From Camelus dromedarius (Eukaryota): DNA of 64,000 nucleotides. This document shows positions 60,550 to 64,000 of this stretch, in pieces (position 1 is the stretch's first letter; the number at the start of each line of letters is the position of its first letter). The notes below the pieces were generated by a model. It was not told where the DNA came from, searched no databases, and was given only the letters and a program-made list of their open reading frames with translations. The stretch is from assembly GCF_036321535.1 (NCBI RefSeq), contig NC_087442.1, forward strand, positions 73,594,001-73,658,000. The letters run 5' to 3'. Position numbers and translations under genes: made by a program.

Positions 60550-60945
60550 TCCTTTTTTAGATTCCACATATAAACGATATCAGAGGTATTTTTCTTTCTC
60601 TTTCTGGCTTACTTCACTTAGTATGACGATCTCCATGTCTGTCCATGTTGATACAAATTAACTTATTTACAAAACAGAAACAGACTCACAGACAGAAAAA
60701 CAAACTTATGGTTACCAGGAGGCAAAGGGGATGGAAAGGGATAAATAGAGAGATCAAGATTTGCAGATACTAACTGCTGTATATAAAATAGATAAACAAC
60801 AAGTTTCTACTGTGTAGCACAGGGAACCATGTTCAACATCTTGTAGTCACCTATAATGAAAAAGAATGTATGTATGTATATGTAAGACTGAACTGTTATG
60901 CTGTAACACCAGAAATTGACACATTGTAAACTAAGAAAAACAAAC
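60550..60945 (+). mobile_element. Camelid-type L1 3' end with 5' inversion (twin priming)
   Basis: 60553-60658 is antisense L1 3' UTR and 60649-60945 is the sense continuation to the tail. Degenerate TSD AAAACTCTGGGGTG (60536-60549) / AAAACTTCGAGGTG (60946-60959). Confidence 0.88.
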
Positions 60946-63499
60946 AAAACTTCGAGGTGCGGAGAGATGAACAGTTGGAGCCAGGTACATAGTAAGTGCT
61001 CAAAAAAATTTTTTTTAGTAATTACTGTTTTTTATAAATGCTAAGAAAATTAGTGTGGGAAGGCCCCTCACCAGCCAGCCACCTGAACGGACTCTACTGT
61101 TGATAAACAGAGGCATTGTGGTCCTAGCAATGGCAAGCCTGGTGGTGTGGGCAAATGAAAAGTTGTAATCTCAGAAAATAGTGGGGTAAGAATTCAAGCC
61201 AAAAGGCTGCTGTGGCCTGACAGCCAGTTCTGGTTGAGAGGTCAGCATTGGGTCTTAGAGTAGAAGTGAAATATCCCAAAAAAGGGATGGCTCCTGGGAA
61301 GCCATGCTCAGAAATACAAGCTGGCAGGTAATTTGTTTCCAGGACATCTACTGGGCCTGGGCCAGCTGAGCTGGTCCTGAGCAAGTGGAAAGTGAGCAGA
61401 GAAGGAGGGTAGGAGTCAGACCCGGAGGCTTGTTACCCAGCTGGAGATAACAGACTAGGGTCTGGAGAACATGCAGGCACGACTGGCAGTTGTGGTGACT
61501 TGACCCTGAGTGATCGGCAGAGAGCTAGTCAATTTCCAGAAACTCTTACTCACCATGATGCTTTTCCTCTATGGAACTGAGACTCTTGAAATAAGGCAAA
61601 AGTAGTAAAACTATGCTAGTATTTACTGATATACTTCTGCCCCCAAAAAACCATGTTTGATGAAATAAAGCCAAGAAGAGCATTTATGACTCCTGCATAA
61701 AATGTATGATTATAAAGACTAAAATGTGTGGAGATCTCTCTCTCCAGCCACCAGGCATAATAACTCACCTCAGAAGTCATCTGTGGGTGAAAACGTTCCT
61801 TTTAACTATTCTAAGGAAAGAATAGTAATTTCTGTTGCTCCTGAATAAACTATACTGTTAATTGCTCCTGTACCCCAACCCCCAGATGAAGCAGATCAAT
61901 CCAAAACCATAAAAATACCAACTGAACAAACTCTTCTATTTCATGCTGAAATCTATATACTCTTCTGCAGTAACTAAGGATGAGAAGGTGTTTGCATAGT
62001 GTTGCCTTTGACTAGGGCTTTACATGATTTTACTCCAAGGGATATCAAACGTACAGAGGGCAAGTGTTTCTGCATGTCAATTGTACCAAGTCTTTGTCAG
62101 CTTAAAAGATATAGGAGCAGTTTTGTTTTAAAATAGTGTCCTAAGTGCCTGGAAAAAGCAGTGGCTCTGATAAGAATAGACTTAATATTAGTGATTCACA
62201 TAACAGTGATATTTTATAGTTATCAGCACCTTCCCAGTTATGGATTCAAAAATGTGCAAGTCCTGTGCCAGGTACCTACTGGCTTTTTCAATACATAAAT
62301 GCATCTCTCCTCATCATAATGCAAAAAAAAAAAAAGAGGGGCAATATAGAATACTAGGCACAAATCATAAAAAAGACTCATGGCATTAAGACTAAATGGT
62401 TTTGGTGAAATAAATTATCTTATTGAGTCCTTATCAACATTTTAATGGTGGTCTTTGATTATTTAGCATATTTATTAATATTTTAATATTGTTTTAAAGT
62501 TATTGGTTACTATTTTGTTAAACTATTTGATAATATATTCTTTAAATCCTCTGTTAATATTTCTTTAATGTCTCAGACTTTTGAAAGTTATCCTCTCCTC
62601 TAAATTGGAATGCGGTACCAACATATGCAATTTCTCTCTTTATAAGTACATTCAGAAAAGAGTTCCTATTTCCAGAAATCTCAAAAGCTAACTCTTTTAA
62701 AAAAAAAATCTCTCTCAATGGTTCTCCAGACTTACAGGTCAAGTGTATGAGAACATTTTTTTGAAGTGCAGAAGGCACTTGAAAGTGGAAAGCATTTTAC
62801 CAAAGGTGAACTAACAAATGGTCTAGGGAGCAGAGTGAGAAAACATGCATGTTTTTATAATCTTCCTAAAAGGAAGAATGATATGATGAAAAAAAGACAG
62901 ACCAAGGACTTAACAAGTCTTAAAAAATGAAGCCCAGGTGTGACACCTGTCCACCCAGAGATGCTGTGGAGCGGGCACAGAAGGGGGAGGCCCATCTGCT
63001 TCACCTCCTTGACTCCAGGCAAGGGCTGGGTTATTTACAATCTGCAGAAATGATGACATTTGTGTTGTTCATGATCACATTTCAGGGGGTAGGCTTTTTT
63101 TTTTTTTTTTTTCTCCTTCTGATTATTTTCTGATGATTTCTTCAGCCCTGGATAAGCTTTATGGGTTGGCTTGGGTGTGATTTTTGCTTTTTATCATAAG
63201 CACTTTTCAGTCACTGTTATTATTCAGATTTCCTTGTGGTTTGAGGACTATCCATGCTTTGTGTATCAGTTCCCACTTAATCCAAGGACATTCTCTTTTC
63301 TTCCTTTTTGTTATTAGCTTATTAAGTGCCCTACAACAAAAGAAGCTTCATGCATCAGGAAGCATGAAATAGCAAAACTTGGACTCCGCATCAAACTCCT
63401 GTTAGTTTTCTTCTAACAATCAAATAGAGATTCACCGTGTCACATTGGCCATTTTTGACCATACTCTGTTTGTAGACAATCAAACAAACAGTGATGAGA

Positions 63500-63705
63500 A
63501 CCAGCAGAACTAGCTCTGCCCCTCAGTAACCATATGATGTGAGGCGTTGTTGTTCACCTCTATAAATCTTCAGTTACCTCATTTGTAAAACAAAATGGTA
63601 AGAGAACCTACAGCTCAGGGTTGTTGTAAAGATTAAATGCGCCATGTGAACTGCCTGGTGCATTATCCAGCACAGAGTAAGAACTCAGGAGATGTGACTT
63701 ACCAT
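63500..63705 (+). mobile_element. MIR SINE
   Basis: ttcagttacctcatttgtaaaacaaaatgg...cagggttgttgtaaagattaaatg. Confidence 0.8.
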
Positions 63706-64000
63706 TTGGAGTTTCCTGCTTTTCCTCATGTTGTGTTAATTTCTCTCCATAGAGCAAGTGCAGTTAGTGTGTATAAGAGTTGAAACAGCTGCTGGAGAGA
63801 AAAAGCATACTACAATAATTATTTTCCATCCCACAAAACACACGGTGTATTTGACTTACACCGTCCAGGATTTGGGCATATTACAAAGAAATATGCTTGT
63901 GTAAGAGAACACAGGATATGTGTACCCAACATGTAAACACCAGCATGAACCTCACTCCTCTCCTGAATGTCCAGAGCTTTTGAAAGAGCTGTTTTGCATT

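Larger units (their letters stand above)
38418..64000 (+). other. MAGI2: MAGI2 intron downstream of the exon (3' end outside the window)
   Basis: I did not find the next short exon (GFFSPWKTPKP). The region is TE-rich. Confidence 0.75.

Noticed and set aside
1012-63372. The ~95 short ORFs in the six-frame track other than 37745-38461
   Set aside because: They are 60-180 aa, low in complexity or overlapping TE fossils, with no recognisable domain. This is expected by chance in 64 kb. ORFs with X-runs exist only because N hides stop codons.
38435-64000. Next MAGI2 exon (short exon encoding GFFSPWKTPKP)
   Set aside because: No matching sequence found by eye. It probably lies beyond the window.

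Overview
This is mammalian genomic DNA, almost certainly from a camelid (Camelus/Vicugna/Lama). It carries two tRNA-derived Vic-1-type SINEs and camelid-type L1 3' ends, and I saw no Bov-A/BovB, PRE, ERE or CAN-SINE copies. The window lies inside the MAGI2 (S-SCAM) gene on the + strand. The only recognisable coding sequence is one large internal exon (~37779-38417, about 639 nt) encoding the end of one PDZ domain, a linker and the next PDZ domain. Both PDZ-coding parts and both splice sites are hidden by N-runs. The rest is intron, rich in old MIR, L2, L1M, hAT-Charlie MITE and MLT1 fossils plus younger L1 fragments. I found no prokaryote-style system such as CRISPR or an operon, and nearly all ORFs in the supplied track are noise. 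The best leads are: (1) a canonical 21-bp RE1/REST site in an L2 tail at 10494; (2) a CpG-enriched, non-repetitive candidate internal exon at 28081-28217/28222, with tandem donors and an ATG frame that would join the MAGI2 exon in phase; (3) a ~1-kb composite retroposed segment with a perfect 14-bp target-site duplication (TSD) splitting a MER5A1; (4) an unidentified ~350-bp insertion that looks like a decayed coding fragment; (5) a heptamer minisatellite inside a TSD-bounded L1 tail; (6) a strong CTCF motif; (7) a decayed tRNA-Lys(UUU) copy with a possible trailer and terminator; and (8) a twin-primed inverted L1. Repeat names come from recall of consensus sequences, and boundaries are approximate (tens of bp) unless a TSD is quoted. 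No database search was run.
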